64,000 nt of DNA from Octopus vulgaris. Lineage: Eukaryota. A program made the translations under genes and the position numbers. The notes beneath the pieces are model-generated. The model searched no databases. It worked only from the letters and a program-made list of their open reading frames with translations, and was not told the origin of the DNA. Location: contig OX597825.1 of NCBI GenBank assembly GCA_951406725.2, positions 88,288,001 to 88,352,000 on the forward strand. Reading direction: 5' to 3'. Positions 41,950 through 55,764 of this stretch are shown in pieces; the stretch's first letter is position 1, and the number at the start of each line of letters is the position of its first letter.

Positions 41950-42990
41950 CAAGGTAGGTCATATTTCTGATAGGAATTAATTGGGTAGCGGGTTACTACC
42001 TGTCACCTTACGTATCCACAAGTTTTCAGCAGTCTTTCTAGTTCTTTGAATCCTCCTGAAAATACCTGCTGTTCATAATATACAAACTTTCTGCTACGAA
42101 CTCTACCGGACATTCCATTCGAATCTCGTTCAGCCATTTGCCTATATCTTTGCATACTGTTCTCAACGCAACAATCAGTACAGGCACGACCTTTTCTCTT
42201 CTCATGCTCCAAATTCGTCCTATTTCAAATTTTAAGAGATTTCATTTTCTTTGTTTTTCGTCCTCTTCCTTTAGGATCCTGGAATCAAACGTGCATGATG
42301 GGTCGATCATTAAGCAACTTCGATTTTCCTTCCATATAATTGTTATATTTGGTCTATTATCTTCTAAATTCTTGTCCGTTTGAATGGAAAAGTCTTAGAA
42401 AATCTTACATTTCTCCGACTGTAGTGCCCTACCGATTCGATTATTATACCGTGTGTTTCCCAAGTCAAACCTCCATTTCTGGCACAGTTTCTAGTGTAAA
42501 ACTATAAAAATCTGGTCGTGCCTCCATTTCTTCCTGTGCCAACCTAGGGCATTCTGTCACAATGTGTGACACTGTCTCATCCCAAGTTCCAAAGGGTCCA
42601 CACAGGGTCTGACACATTCTCTCTGTGTCAATTTTTTCTGAATTTGTCTGTTTTTATATCTTAATCTTGGACTGCTACATTTAGGGTCTCTGTGTCTCCC
42701 TTTAATTGCCTCCTTTTTTTTTTATTCAAGTCCATATTTTGTTCCATATACGTCTTCGGTGGCTCTCCAAAAATGGCCATGCAGTGATTTCTCTTCGATC
42801 TGTCAGACGTGCTCTCTTTGTATTTCATTCTTGTCTTTTTCTCCTTTTATGTGTTTCGTCACCAGTTATTTATTCACGGTCTCTAGTAGTTTCTCTGTGC
42901 TGCCCTCTAAATACTCCACTAGACTCTTTCTTCCACTGCTGTTAAGTCTCTTCCACCCTGGTCTACCCTCAAGTACAGCCGGTTGCTAAG
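41950..42990 (-). mobile_element. R4/Dong-type 3' portion (knuckle and RLE), decayed
   Basis: QLKGDTETLNVAVQD, ETVSHIVTECPRLAQ, RHD, DFSIQTDKNLEDNRPNITII, CLMIDPSCTFD, EIGRIWSM..VVPVLIVAL, ECPVE. Confidence 0.85.
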
Positions 42991-43736
42991 AGCTTTCGAT
43001 TGGTTTTATTTTTCTTGAAATGAGAATGAAATAATTCTCACCGAAGAGTTTCAAATCTCGCGTGTGGTTATGATAACATTATTTAGATATTGTAGCATCG
43101 CCATTTATTTGAACGAGCCAGTCTACGTTTGCATTAAATTTATCAACAATTCTGCACAAATGATTGCCTATCACCCCACATGTACTGACTACAAATGAAA
43201 TGATAGAAGAATTGTCAAACGGCTACAGTATGATTGGTTTAATTACTTACGTTTTCAGCTTGATTAGGCTCAAAATTATAGTAATTATGCTTTGGTATGG
43301 CGTTAGCACATCACTTTCATTTTAGTCACGAAAGGGATGTCACGCACATTATGTGCTAAATGATGTCTTTATGTTAAAATTCCGTGGTATTACGATATTG
43401 TCAGTTTGCAAGTGGGGCGCAGGTTCATTGTATTATCTCACACATTTTACTAAAAGTTCTTGAAGCAGAGTGACTAGTTGCATACAAAACGGCTTTCCAG
43501 ATCCATTATGTCTACAATTATATTTGTTGCAATTGGTGAGGATCGCTTTAGTGTTATCACCTGTTTTCACGGGAAATATGCAACGCTTGCCACGCCATTT
43601 ATATTATAGATGTGGATACTCAATCAATGTATCTCGTAGGGATGGTCTGTTACCGTATAAACAATGTTCTCTGCAATATATATATGTCTGTGCATATATC
43701 AACTGTCTTCATCTTTTGTTGTTTTCCGTAAACTCT

Positions 43737-43773
<37 letters not shown>

Positions 43774-43787
43774 AGTGCATATATATA

Positions 43788-43829
<42 letters not shown>

Positions 43830-43899
43830 GAGAGGGGGAAAGGAGAGAGGAAGAGAGAGAGTTTGTGAGGGTGTGAATTGAAGATGAAAGTCCTTTTTT

Positions 43900-44480
43900 T
43901 CTCAAATATTGGGATCTAGTGATTTTCTCGTTGTTTCCCGTTGCCGACACAGGCCGTCAGTGTTGTCCAGGATTCCTGTAGTAGCTTTACCAAGTCTTGC
44001 AATTCCCTTGTAAAATATCATATTACGGCAGATATAATCAATACGTTTATTATTTTTCAAGATGGTGCACATTGTTATGTTGCTTGTGTCTTGGTGATTT
44101 GGAAGAAGATTTTACATTTCACTTTTCAGCTTCCCATCTCTCAGACACAAATATTCTTCTTTACTTCCAACTTCGCTATGTCTCATGAATCTGCTGTGCA
44201 ATTATTTCTCTCTCCAACTGCTATCGCCGTAGTTCTATATATATTTATGTGTTGCGCAACCGAGTCAGGGGCGTCTTCAACATTTCTAACTGAAAGCTTT
44301 TTCCATAACATATTTTCCCTAAACAAATTTTATGTTGTTTTTGTTTACATTTAACAAACACGCGATTAAATGTAATGTTTGCTCACTTCATCGATCAAGA
44401 ACAGCCCGTAATCTGATGCAACGTTAACGTCGACCTGAAAGGCGATATCATCGACAAGATACTTCCTCTGTAGATTAGCA
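43900..44480 (-). mobile_element. Old RTE/RTEX-like RT remnant
   Basis: LVDDIAF (FADDIAL-like, ~44437-44458) followed by LNVNK; otherwise very decayed. Confidence 0.35.
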
Positions 44481-44641
44481 TCCGTCTTCAGGAGTGAGCC
44501 TACTTCTTTGTTCTACATGATAGCTTACTGTAATACAAAATATACTTTGATGTATGTATATACTATCTGTTTGTTCTTTTATTAACATTTCTTAACTTTG
44601 TATTCACCATGTGTGTAACAATGTTACACTCACATCCTCTA

Positions 44642-45086
44642 TCACGTTTTTAAAACAAGATCTTCTTACTTCATTATATTTCGTAGCGGCACACGTGAAT
44701 ATTTCACGGAATTAATGGTAAACCGATTGCGTGAAAGGAATTTTATTCTTTTATTCTTTTAGACGTTTCAGTCATTTTACTGCGGCCATGTTGGAGCACC
44801 GTCTTAAAAAGTATGGAACTCCCCGACCGGGAATCGAGTCCCGGTCTCCCGTGTGACAGGCGGGGATAATACACTTTATATACTTTATTCACACTTTTAT
44901 AGACTTAATACACGGCACTCATAAAATAAATATTCTCTCTTATTTTTCCATTCCCACTCCCCACTCGAAAATACCGCCGTACATATGATACAAAGTTTAG
45001 TTAAATGTTACAAATGTTGTCCTCCCAGTCAGCATCGATGCGGGCGCTGTATCTTTCTGGATACACTCATTTAATTGGGCTGCTAG
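44642..45086. repeat. Local duplication, copy 1 (SINE tail, tRNA-Asp pseudogene, Dong RT piece)
   Basis: Colinear and highly similar to 47269-47720. Confidence 0.95.
44819..44890 (-). pseudogene. tRNA-Asp(GTC) pseudogene, 5' end damaged
   Basis: Minus strand TATCCCCGCCTGTCACACGGGAGACCGGGACTCGATTCCCGGTCGGGGAG matches the 3' two-thirds of metazoan tRNA-Asp. A T5 run follows 8 nt downstream. The acceptor 5' strand is missing and the B box is mutated. Confidence 0.85.
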
Positions 45087-45720
45087 CCTTTCATGCACCG
45101 CGCGGCATCTCTTCAGCCAAAAGCCATGAATCCCATCTGGTTCGGGAGTTTCCCAGTTAGGCACTTTACCCACTTGTTCTTTGACATCACCCGTATTTAT
45201 GACAATATGCCATGGCGGTACAGATATATTATTTCACGACTAAACTTAGGCCGTCATATTCGATGCGGTCAATTGTTTCTTTCCCACTTACATATATTCT
45301 GAATTTATCTAACGTATACAACATCATAACAAGATTTTCATTGTTTTCGATTATAGCGTTTTAATTCCCTACCACGAATATAAATCCTAAAGTTTTCTAT
45401 CATGTATATAACAGTAAGTTTTGCAATATTTATCCATTTCCAACTTGTACAGTTTTCGTCCTTTCAGACATTGGCCAAATTGGTACTTTACTCTTAGTAT
45501 CTTCAAATTATTTTTTGACCCATTTTTATTTAGTTTTTAGGTTTTTCAAATTTCTTTTATTTGTATCTACCATTTCAGCTTATATTTAACATTTGATTGC
45601 ATCCTCGAAGACCGAAAACAATTTTGTTTCGCTTCTAATTTTTTAGTTCTTTATATTATTTATCTAGTTTCGTTTATTATATATTGTATTACATTTGATA
45701 TTTGTAATAGTTTTGTAAAT
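44990..45720 (-). mobile_element. R4/Dong-type RT N-terminal remnant
   Basis: KVPNWETPEPDGIHGFWLKRCRAVHERLAAQLNECIQKDTAPASMLTGRT matches the NWKxPGPDGxxxFWLK..LxxQLN..TGRT pattern. Confidence 0.8.
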
Positions 45721-47268
45721 CTAACAGCCACTAGAAAACAATTTATTAGAAGAAATTCAGTGTAGACTACAAACAAATCTCATAAAAAACAATGGAAAAC
45801 TAATACGAATTGTTTCAAAACATGAACAAAACCAAAAGAAAAAATATATATAGAGAAATAAGAAACACGAAACAGTATCTAATGTAATAGACTTTTTTTT
45901 TTTATCAAAACACAGAAATAACAAGAAAAATTGTAAGAGAAAATGCAAACAAATATTTGGGCCCGAAGGAAACAATACAAAAACGAATGCAAAAATGTAT
46001 AAAGATTAAAAAAGCGCTTAAACACATTGTCTCTAACTTCTTGTTTTTAAACAAATGACAACAAAATTGCTAGAATAAGATAGATGGGCCATTCATTCTA
46101 AAATATATATACTAGCTTTATAATATGTTGTGAGGAACGATATCGTTTAAGTATCTAAAGGAGAAAAGTCTGTGCAAGGGAATCATTTCATAGAATATTT
46201 TCGCATGGATGCGTGATCGATGCTCGTATAAAGGAGATATTAATCAACAACCGCCAGCAAAGAGAATATCGTTCTACACTATGTATGAAGCTTGAGAAGC
46301 AGCGCTGTGTATATAAAAGAAAAGGTGATGTTATAGAAATATAGATAACTCGAAACAGAAATACTCAAAATGCAGGAACAATAACAGAAAGAATGTATAT
46401 AACTATTGAACTTATACATTACTAAAACTCTACATAAAGAGAAATACATCGTACTGGGCACAACACATCCTATATTATTTCAAACCCGAAGAAAAGCACT
46501 ACACTTTTTGTAAATAAGGCGCAAAATATTGGCTTGGTTTTTCTAGCTTAAGATCAAAGTAGCTGTTCGATTAAGAGAAGTGAAAACAACAAGAAAAAAC
46601 CTTGTTCTTTGTAAGCTGCAAAAGCAACTACATACAGTAAAATGTTTAAAGAGAGGCTTTCCAAAACCATGTTGGAATGTAATAGGACAACTTGAAAATC
46701 TTTTGGAGAGTAGAAGAGCGTTACCGGCAAAGAGTAAACGTATTATGTTTATCAAACAGAAAGGATGAACATAAAGTTTTATATAAAATAAAACAATGTA
46801 AAAGGAAACAATATAACAATAAGTTTGTACGACACACCCATACGCTGATTAAACTCCTCCAAAGTACGCGTGGGACAGAATAATGCCGCTAACAGTCCTT
46901 GTTTAGGAATAAGGAAAGTCTGTCGTCATTAAGTTTGACCTTAAGATGTAATCCGACCTTCATTTAGCAGAATCATTGTTTATTCTTACGCCTGAGTTTA
47001 ATATTTTGAACAAGAGACAAGATGTAAACATTTTTAAAACAAATTATTCAAATCATTCCCTTGAAAATTAATCAGTAAGAGCACCTGGATATGATAATTT
47101 AGTCCAGTACTTTACCGCTAATAGCTTTATTTAATTATTTTGAATTAATGTTTCTTTACACTTTGTTGCTACTTACTGTATTTATTGGGAGATCTTCCAT
47201 TTAAATTCATTTTCTCCAATCACCACCTCCTATTTCACTTTATCTATTGTTTCAATTAATTTCCTCTT

Positions 47269-47720
47269 TCACATTTTTAAAACAAGATCTATCTTCATTA
47301 TATTTCGTAGCGGGACACGTGAATACTTCACGGAATTAATGGTAAACCGATTGCGTTATGTCTGAAACTTTGTCCATAAACCTTGAAGGCGTGAAAGAAA
47401 TTTTATTATTTCAGTCTTTTCAGTCATTTTACTGTGGCCATGCTGGAGCACCGTCTTAATCTGTATGAGACTCCGGTCTCCCGTGTGACAGGCGGGGATA
47501 ATACACTTTATATATTTTATGCACACTGTTATAGACTTAATACACAGCACTCATAAAATAAATATTCTCTCTTATTTTTCCATTCCCACTCCCCACTCCA
47601 AAATACCGCCGTACATATGATACAAAGATTAGTTAAATGTTACAAATGTTGTCCTCCCAGTCAGCATCCATGCGGGTGTTGTATCTTTCTGGATATATAC
47701 TCATTTAATTGGGCTGCTAG
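47269..47720. repeat. Local duplication, copy 2
   Basis: Matches 44642-45086. Has ~35 extra bp bounded by gcgt; the tRNA T-arm is lost. Confidence 0.95.
47473..47515 (-). pseudogene. tRNA-Asp(GTC) fragment (anticodon arm region)
   Basis: ccggtctcccgtgtgacaggcggggataatacactttata is identical to 44841-44880. Confidence 0.75.
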
Positions 47721-49190
47721 TCTGTTCTCGTGTCAATTCTGATTTCTCTAGTACCATGAGTACCCCTAAAACTACTGTGATGACAGATACCCTCCTCATA
47801 GTTAGTATACTTGCAATTTCATTTATTAGTACTTTTCCATCTCTTCTAGTTCTTTGCCACGTACGGAAGCATTCCCAGGGATTGCAATCTCTATAATCTT
47901 GGTTTCCCTTTTTCCCCATCATCCACAACAAGTCTGATCTCCGAGCATCGATTGTGAAATCCCCCAGTACCTTATATTGATTGCTCTTGGTAACCCCTGG
48001 TTCATGTTTCTTACCATGCTCTCTTCAGGCTGTACGTTTTACGTAGTTTCCAATGGACAAACTTAGCCACGTTATTGCCTCCTTTGTAGTAATTTTCAGC
48101 CAGTTTGCTACACTCACTCACAATATGTGAGGATATTTCCTTTTCGCTGCTACAAACCGTACAAAAGTGCGATTCGCTGCCTTTATCGATTTGGAACTTG
48201 GTATAATTACATCTCAGAACGCTGTATTTCCAATAGCTTATTCTCATCTCTTTAACTATTTTTAAAAAAATGTTTGTAGGTACATCACATTTTCAGTAGG
48301 TTTTGTATTGTAAACTCTCACAAGGATTTACTCTAATTTTTGATTTACCATTCCAAACTGTTCTTCTCGTTGACAACACAGATCTAGCATCCTATGAGGT
48401 CCCTTGCTCCCTTGTTGCTAGGCACATACGACCTGTCAATATCGCATTTTGGGTGCAGTTATTTGTTAATTATCATCAATTTTCTGTTTTTTTCTGTCCA
48501 TTTCCTCAAGCTCGGTCTTTGTCCTCTTAACAATACCTGCCCCATATCGAATTGAAGAAACAGCGCTTCTGTTCATTTTCCTGGTCCTATTTCTCCCATT
48601 GAGCCTACTTCCCATAACTAATTTGATCTTCCTGAGATATTCTCGCCTAAAGTTGTCTCTCATTTGACTTGCCATGATTTTGTCATATTTTGAAATATCC
48701 ATCAACCTCGACATCTTTGATTTTCTCACCGTTGGATAGTTCTACATCACCAGACGACAGTACTTTGCCTTTTTCTATTATAAACATACCAGATATACTA
48801 ATCCCAAATCCCATTCCCTTATCCTTACTGAATATCTTCACTTGTGAAACGCGGCCTTTAATTCACGCTCAGTCTCCTCCTGAAAGATCTTTAAGGCATC
48901 GATATATAAAAGATTATTTAAGCTTCCTCCACTGTTCAAGGTGTGCCTCGATGTCGCTTTTCGTAGTATCTCTTTGAGGGGCGTCATACAAATCACAAAC
49001 AGGACTGGCGATAGGCACTGCTTCAAATATGAATCTCTTGATGTTAATACACGCCACAACTTTTCCAGTTCTTCATTGATCTCCTAATAATGTTTGATAT
49101 GTTATCGGACACGTGTACCAGCTCAAGACTCTCTAAAATCTAGGAACAGGGGGCCATATCATACGCTTTCTTAATCGATCAACCTCATGA
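47721..49190 (-). mobile_element. R4/Dong-type element: RT C-half, knuckle and RLE, decayed
   Basis: LSPVLFVICMTPL, NLLYIDALK (YMDD-like), EYLRKIKLVMGSRLNGRN, IRYGAGIV, CTVC..SHIVSECSKLA, NNVAKFVHWKL. Confidence 0.85.
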
Positions 49191-51695
49191 ATTTAATCGT
49201 ACTAAGTATTTCTCTACTTATTCTAAACTGATATGAATAATTTAAACATTTAGAATTTTATTTATTTTACGATTTGTGTTAAAGAAATAAAATGAAAGTA
49301 AATGGTGGCAGGATATGTTTTTTACAATTCCAAATCTTTTTGGTAAAGCATCAAAGTAATTGACATTGTTAGTATTAATGTTAACAGTAATTATATCTAC
49401 ATTTTTACAACCATCAAAACTATGATGATAATATTGATTAGATGTATGAGAAAAAGTAGGAGGAAAATAACGATGATTACGGCGTGGGTGTGGCGCACGA
49501 CGGTGCGTTTATCAGCAATGTTATTTTACTTATAGAAATAATTTTCCAAAATGATTAATTTGCAAACAAATGTTAATTAGATTTCTTGTCACTGTGGTTA
49601 TTTTTTCCTCCTTTTTAGTTGGAAAAGACTGGAAAAAACTCGAAGATCTAATTAAAAATTAGCGATGTCGATGGATGTCTAGTCAACGTTTATTCATTTT
49701 CATTGCAGAGGAGATAATTGCACACAAGAAACAAAAAACTCTTGCATTCATTGCTAGAAATCGATACGGAGTGCTTGTCAACATATGCCTGTCCTAAATC
49801 TGAATGCAACTATGTAGAGAATACAATCGATTTTTGGTACGAAATATATTTTGGTGTGAAGGTTATATTCATATCACACTAACCATTTATTTGTTACTAT
49901 TATTGTGAGACGCAAATTTGCATGAGTTTTTCTATATTAAAAGGAAAAAAATACTTTCCATTTACTAAGTGATTTTGGAGTAATATATTTACTCAGGTTG
50001 ACAGAATCTATAGACGGAAAATTGCATGTAGCCTCTAACACCAGCAATATTTTGCTAACGATACCGAGGCGGAAAACATCAAACTCCAACAGGAAAAGCA
50101 GCCGCAAGACTAAATGATAACAAAACACCTAATCAACAGCAAAAACTACCATAAGAAACAATATGTGCTGCTCATCTGCAAGATCCACCGTTTCATGGAT
50201 TAAGCACTTCTCGAAGTTTTAACAAACGCATACATCTTTAAATCGTATGAAGTACACTTATAGTAAAAAGCAGTAATGCACATGAATGGCTGAATTGTCA
50301 ATTGCCAATCAAAATTATATAAAACTTCATAAACAACTCAAAAACCACTAAGCATTAAAACATTCTAGAGTGCAAGGAAAGTGTGCCCGAAATTTGTGCA
50401 GTGTGCCACTTGGATTCGTTGTACTTCAGATTCATGATGTGACAAGGATTATAAGAAGATATATTCTTGATAAATGAAGAAGGTAAAACACGCCCGTAAC
50501 AAATTGCATTGACTGGATTTAGTCTAATTGCTACCTGCATCTGTTATTGACAATCATGGATGTATAATTGTTATAACAGAATTCATTAACAACATACAAC
50601 ATTAACTAAAGCATAAACTACAAATTTCAACGGAATATATATTTTAAACACTAATCACTGGAATTACTGAAAGAAACTAATGTTTTACGTCTGACAGCTC
50701 TTAGATATAAATCGTAAGTATGAGAAGATGAAACCTAAAAGAAGAACAATAGAGGAACGAAAACTCTATTGGTGTATGGCGAATCAATTCCAAGATCTTT
50801 CTAATTCGAACATTCGCAAAGGGAAAAAATATTACTAGACTTAAATCCATTGCATAATATTTGTTTCTAGAGAAAACTGTAAGCTAATCTCTGTGAAAGT
50901 ACCGAGATGAGAAATGAACCCGAAGATAACTACGAAAAGGAATATTCAAAGAGTATTAATACATATTACAAATGCGTGGTTCGTTATTCTTTTGTAACGC
51001 AGTTCCACAGTGTTGGGGAATTCAAATTAGTGTCTTAAAGGGTCTGTTTAGTTGAATATGTAAAACGATAAATTTATGAGTGGGAAACTTTAATTATTCC
51101 AGTCTAAATGAAAATATATCATGGTCACAAGTAAGAAGGCAGCATGTATTTTAATGCCATAATCCTTCGTTAGGTTTCAGTTTAACTAAAATAGTTTATG
51201 GAAGACGTTTTAATGCTTCAGTGTGAAATATTGACAAGCTTTAGGACAAGAGTAAATTTGTTGATATGTTTGACATGGTTATTCCGGCTATGTGAGAGAG
51301 GGAAAAATATCAAAATATGATCGGTAAAAAAAGATGAAACACGAATATAAAGTGAGAAAAAAATCATAATAAACCAGGCAGGCCATTTCTACTTGACGAG
51401 TTTAAGATGATATTTCGTCTAATCGGTTATTTGTATCTTGCCGTATTTCTTATGTCATCTTAAAAAAAGTGTGCTGTTGCAAGAATGGGGTGAGTGTGAT
51501 TATAAACCACAGGGAAGGACGAGAAATAGACTACATAAATACACGTATCCGGTATAACATATAACTAGAATAGCAGAGGCTGATATGAGAATTAAAATAA
51601 TAATATTCATATGTTATCTATTAATCTGTCTGTCTATCTATCTATCTATCTACCTATCTATCTATCTATATATATATATATATGTATATTACAAA

Positions 51696-51994
51696 AAAAC
51701 ACCTTTTGTCAATTCAATAATGAAAAATTAAAATATACCATTTAGAAAAATTACATATTATCGAAAGATTAAATATAAGATTAAATATAAGATAAAACAT
51801 ATAACGATGATTAAGTCATGTGCAAAATAATAAATAAAACGTAAATATTTGGCAGAATACTATTTTGCACATTACTTAATCATTGTTATATGTTTTATCT
51901 TATATTTAATCTTATATTTAATCTTTCGATAATATGTAATTTTTCTAAATGGTATATTTTGATTTTTCATTATTTAATTGATAAAAGGTGTTTT
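51696..51994. repeat. AT-rich foldback element between (TA)n tracts
   Basis: Arms 51696-51829 and 51861-51994 (~134 bp, 5 mismatches counted), 31-bp spacer. Confidence 0.95.
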
Positions 51995-52001
51995 GTACCT
52001 A

Positions 52002-52069
<68 letters not shown>

Positions 52070-52160
52070 TTGTATGTATATATATATTATATTTTGTGAA
52101 CTTTGATTTAGTATTTCTAAATTGAATTTTTCCCTGTAAGTTTGGAATAATATTCCCAGA

Positions 52161-52203
<43 letters not shown>

Positions 52204-52635
52204 TATATTTGCATGCACTCTAAAACTTTCTTCAACTAATCCAAGGTGCTCCTGTTTGATTTAAATGAGTTCTCATATGTTCCAAGTGTTCTTTGTTGCA
52301 GGATCTTTTCCTTGTTATACTGCATACTTCATTTTTGTACTAGCTCATCTGGGGATATTTTACCATTCATGCGCACAACGTAATTCCCCCAGTCACTGGG
52401 AAGTACATGGATGGAAGTACGTTTAAAACCAAACTGTCAATCCACTCCTGTCAAAAGTTCCAGATGAGATCAGCTCAGGCAGAAGACGCAAATAAAGGCA
52501 GCAACCTCAAACTCCTTCATTTGACAAATGCCGTGCGTCAGAGGAAGTCGCAAGCAATGAATAAGGGACAACACTAACGGCAGTGGCCCAGTATACCCGC
52601 GGCACTCGAGCTTAAACTAGTAAAAAATGGAAAGA

Positions 52636-52672
<37 letters not shown>

Positions 52673-52875
52673 AATAATGAGGGCGATAAATTGAATACTA
52701 ATTTAATTAATATCAATTTAAAACCAGTAGCCTAGCATATAAAAAATCTTAAAAATCACAGAGAATTCCAATACTTGTGTATATTTAGGGCTAAAAAACC
52801 ACTATGTGGACAGCCATATGCTAGAAGATCACACACGATCTTACTACAATCAAAGAATGTTTTATATATATATAC

Positions 52876-52923
<48 letters not shown>

Positions 52924-53134
52924 TTGTATCTCGCATAAGAGTGTGAAAAGACAGCGAACGTTTGGAGGGAACGGTTTTGCCTGGGGGCGAGGATAACGCT
53001 TGCAATATGATTATGTGACGCTTCGCACATCGTTCTTACAGCTTCTCTGATGCCATGTAATAAATATAAACCCATCGGCATCCAATCTAGATAAGTGCGC
53101 GATACTTTGCAATGCATTATTGTTATTCATTAAA

Positions 53135-53346
53135 GGCGGCGGGTTGGCAGAATGGTTAAGAACGCCGAGCCAAATGCTTAACAGTATTTCCTCTCTCTTT
53201 ACGTTCTGATTTCAAATTCCGCCGAGATTGACTTTGCCTTTCATCCTTTCTGAGTCGATAAATTAAGTACCAGTTGCGTTCTGGAGTCGATCTAATCGAC
53301 TGGCCCCTTCCCCAAAATTTTGGACATTATACCTAGAGTAGAAAAG
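53135..53346 (+). mobile_element. Complete tRNA-derived Nin/Deu-like SINE with target-site duplication
   Basis: A box tggcagaatgg, B box gatttcaaattcc, core gcctttcatcctttctgagtcgataaattaagtaccag. TSD attattgttattc(a/c)ttaaa at 53116-53134 and 53347-53365. Confidence 0.9.
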
Positions 53347-54663
53347 ATTATTGTTATTCCTTAAAAACTGCTGACAGCTGAAATATTGTTTTTCTTCCAA
53401 AATGTGTGCCTAAAATTTGGGTTAGCTACTGGTAATACTCTTGTGATTTTGGCGCCATGAAATATGTTGGAGCATTATGAGAGCCACTACTTGTTGCAAG
53501 TGCAAAAAACGATAAATCACTATTTGGAGAAACTCCTCTCACGGTGTAGATGCTTACAGCACGCAACACAATAAAGGTTGACCTCCATAAAAATATAGTT
53601 CGTTTATGGGAGAGAATCATAAATCAGTACCTGTAGATTCTGGTGATATTCCAGCCGCAATAAATCTCATGTATTTCCACATATCACAGAAATGTTTAAT
53701 ATTGCCAAAGCGACACATGTGTTATCTAATCCTGAAATTCCAAGCAGCCAAAATAATATATATATGTATACAGAGAAAGAGAGAGAAAGAGAGGCAGACA
53801 GAGCAGAGGAGAGAAAGACTTACAGAGATAGATATAAGTTCTAGACCATACGAAATACATAGAGATATATATCATTCTATTAAGCATGAATACAATCTTA
53901 CAGTGGTTCTTTCGATTGATAACACGGGTTTATGTGGAGCAGCAGGGTATAGAATATATTATTTTGGTCTATCTAAAAGGAAATAATACTCAAACACCTC
54001 TAAATATATATTAGACTGAGAGAGAATAATAAAATCAGCTTTCAGATCAGTACAACCGTAAATGTCTTTCCATTAGTACATAATTTTCTTTTTCCTACTG
54101 GTACGTGAACTTTAGTTCCCATCTGGCTGATACCTAGGTAATATTCATTGCAAATTAACGAAGCGTTGTTATTAATATGATTATTGACATATTGGGCTAT
54201 AAACGAAATACTTAGCTTGTAAACTAGAGAATTTGAAATTGTCGATACACCTTTTGTAAGTTCTATACATTCAATACGCTGTCGATGTAGAGCAGGTGAG
54301 GCATGCACAGAAATCTAATAGACTTTAAATATCTAATGAATTAGTCTTAGCAGAAATACAAATAAGCTGAACATAAAGTCGAGTATGTTTAACTCCATAC
54401 AAATATCAGCTTGACTTTAATTTATATTCTTAGAAAAATATAAATAAATATATTTTTAAAAGCAATGCCATAAAACACTTATCGTTATGATTCTCATGTA
54501 AAGATGTCGGTATATCTAAACTAAAGCTTTCGTCTCACAAACGCTCATAATCTACCAAATTAAATCAAAACGCAGTATTTGTTACACAAACATCTGTGAA
54601 GGTAATAAATAAACATGTCTCACAAAGACAGCGATAGAGAAATGTACAGGGACATAATCTATT

Positions 54664-54702
<39 letters not shown>

Positions 54703-55299
54703 GGATATATGGATATATACACATATACACACACGCACACATACACACACACACATATATGCGGAGAAAGAGAGAAAGTTATTCCCTGCTGTGTCACTGT
54801 TTGGCAAGTTCAAGTACCCCATTGGTCCCCTTGTCGAAGGGCAGTCCCATGTCATGATACACATACACAAATGCAGGTATTACATCGGTTGGCTCGAATC
54901 TTTGAGGATGTGTGCGTGCGGGTGTGTCTCTATCTACCTATGTATTGATTCGTGTATATATAGATATATATATATATATACAAACCCACACGGACACACA
55001 TACACACACACGGATATATTGTACGATACAAATAACATTTTTCGAAGGCAGTATTGCCGTTACAAGAGTAGAAATTCTTGGTACGTTATCCTTAAATTCC
55101 GTGAGAATTTTCTATTGGACGAATTTTTCAGCTTTGTAAGGATAATTTACCCAGTATTTCTGTTGTTCTAATGACAATTCGGCGTTCCCCAAAATATCAT
55201 CTTATTTCTATCATTCAATACACCTTTCGTCGCTTATAAAACATCATGTTTGTTTATATTTATAAAACTATACCTTTACATACAGACGTACATATACGT

Positions 55300-55336
55300 A
55301 TATACATACATGTAAATATATATTTATATATATATT

Positions 55337-55373
<37 letters not shown>

Positions 55374-55423
55374 GTATGTATATATATATGTATGTATATA
55401 TATATATGTATATATATATGTAT

Positions 55424-55461
<38 letters not shown>

Positions 55462-55462
55462 G

Positions 55463-55494
<32 letters not shown>

Positions 55495-55501
55495 TATATG
55501 C

Positions 55502-55535
<34 letters not shown>

Positions 55536-55599
55536 GTATATATATATGTATATATATATTATATATATATATGTATATATATATGTATATATATATATG

Positions 55600-55648
<49 letters not shown>

Positions 55649-55715
55649 GTATATATATATATGTATATATATATATGTATATATATGTATATGTATATAT
55701 ATGTATATATATATG

Positions 55716-55752
<37 letters not shown>

Positions 55753-55760
55753 GTATAAAT
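55300..55760. repeat. G-interrupted (TA)n array
   Basis: Units such as tatatatatgta. Confidence 0.95.
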
Positions 55761-55764
55761 ATAT

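Noticed and set aside
44819-44890. Functional tRNA-Asp gene
   Set aside because: The acceptor stem and D arm are broken, and GTTC is changed to ACTC.
45990-46770. Plus-strand Dong N-terminal remnant (RLR..QKQL..KIFW)
   Set aside because: Similarity is too weak to support by eye; needs TBLASTN or an HMM search.
44642-47720. LTR retrotransposon
   Set aside because: No TG..CA termini, PBS/PPT or gag-pol, and the repeats are mosaics of other elements.
54775-54910. Possible exon between microsatellites
   Set aside because: No recognisable protein similarity or convincing splice-site pair.
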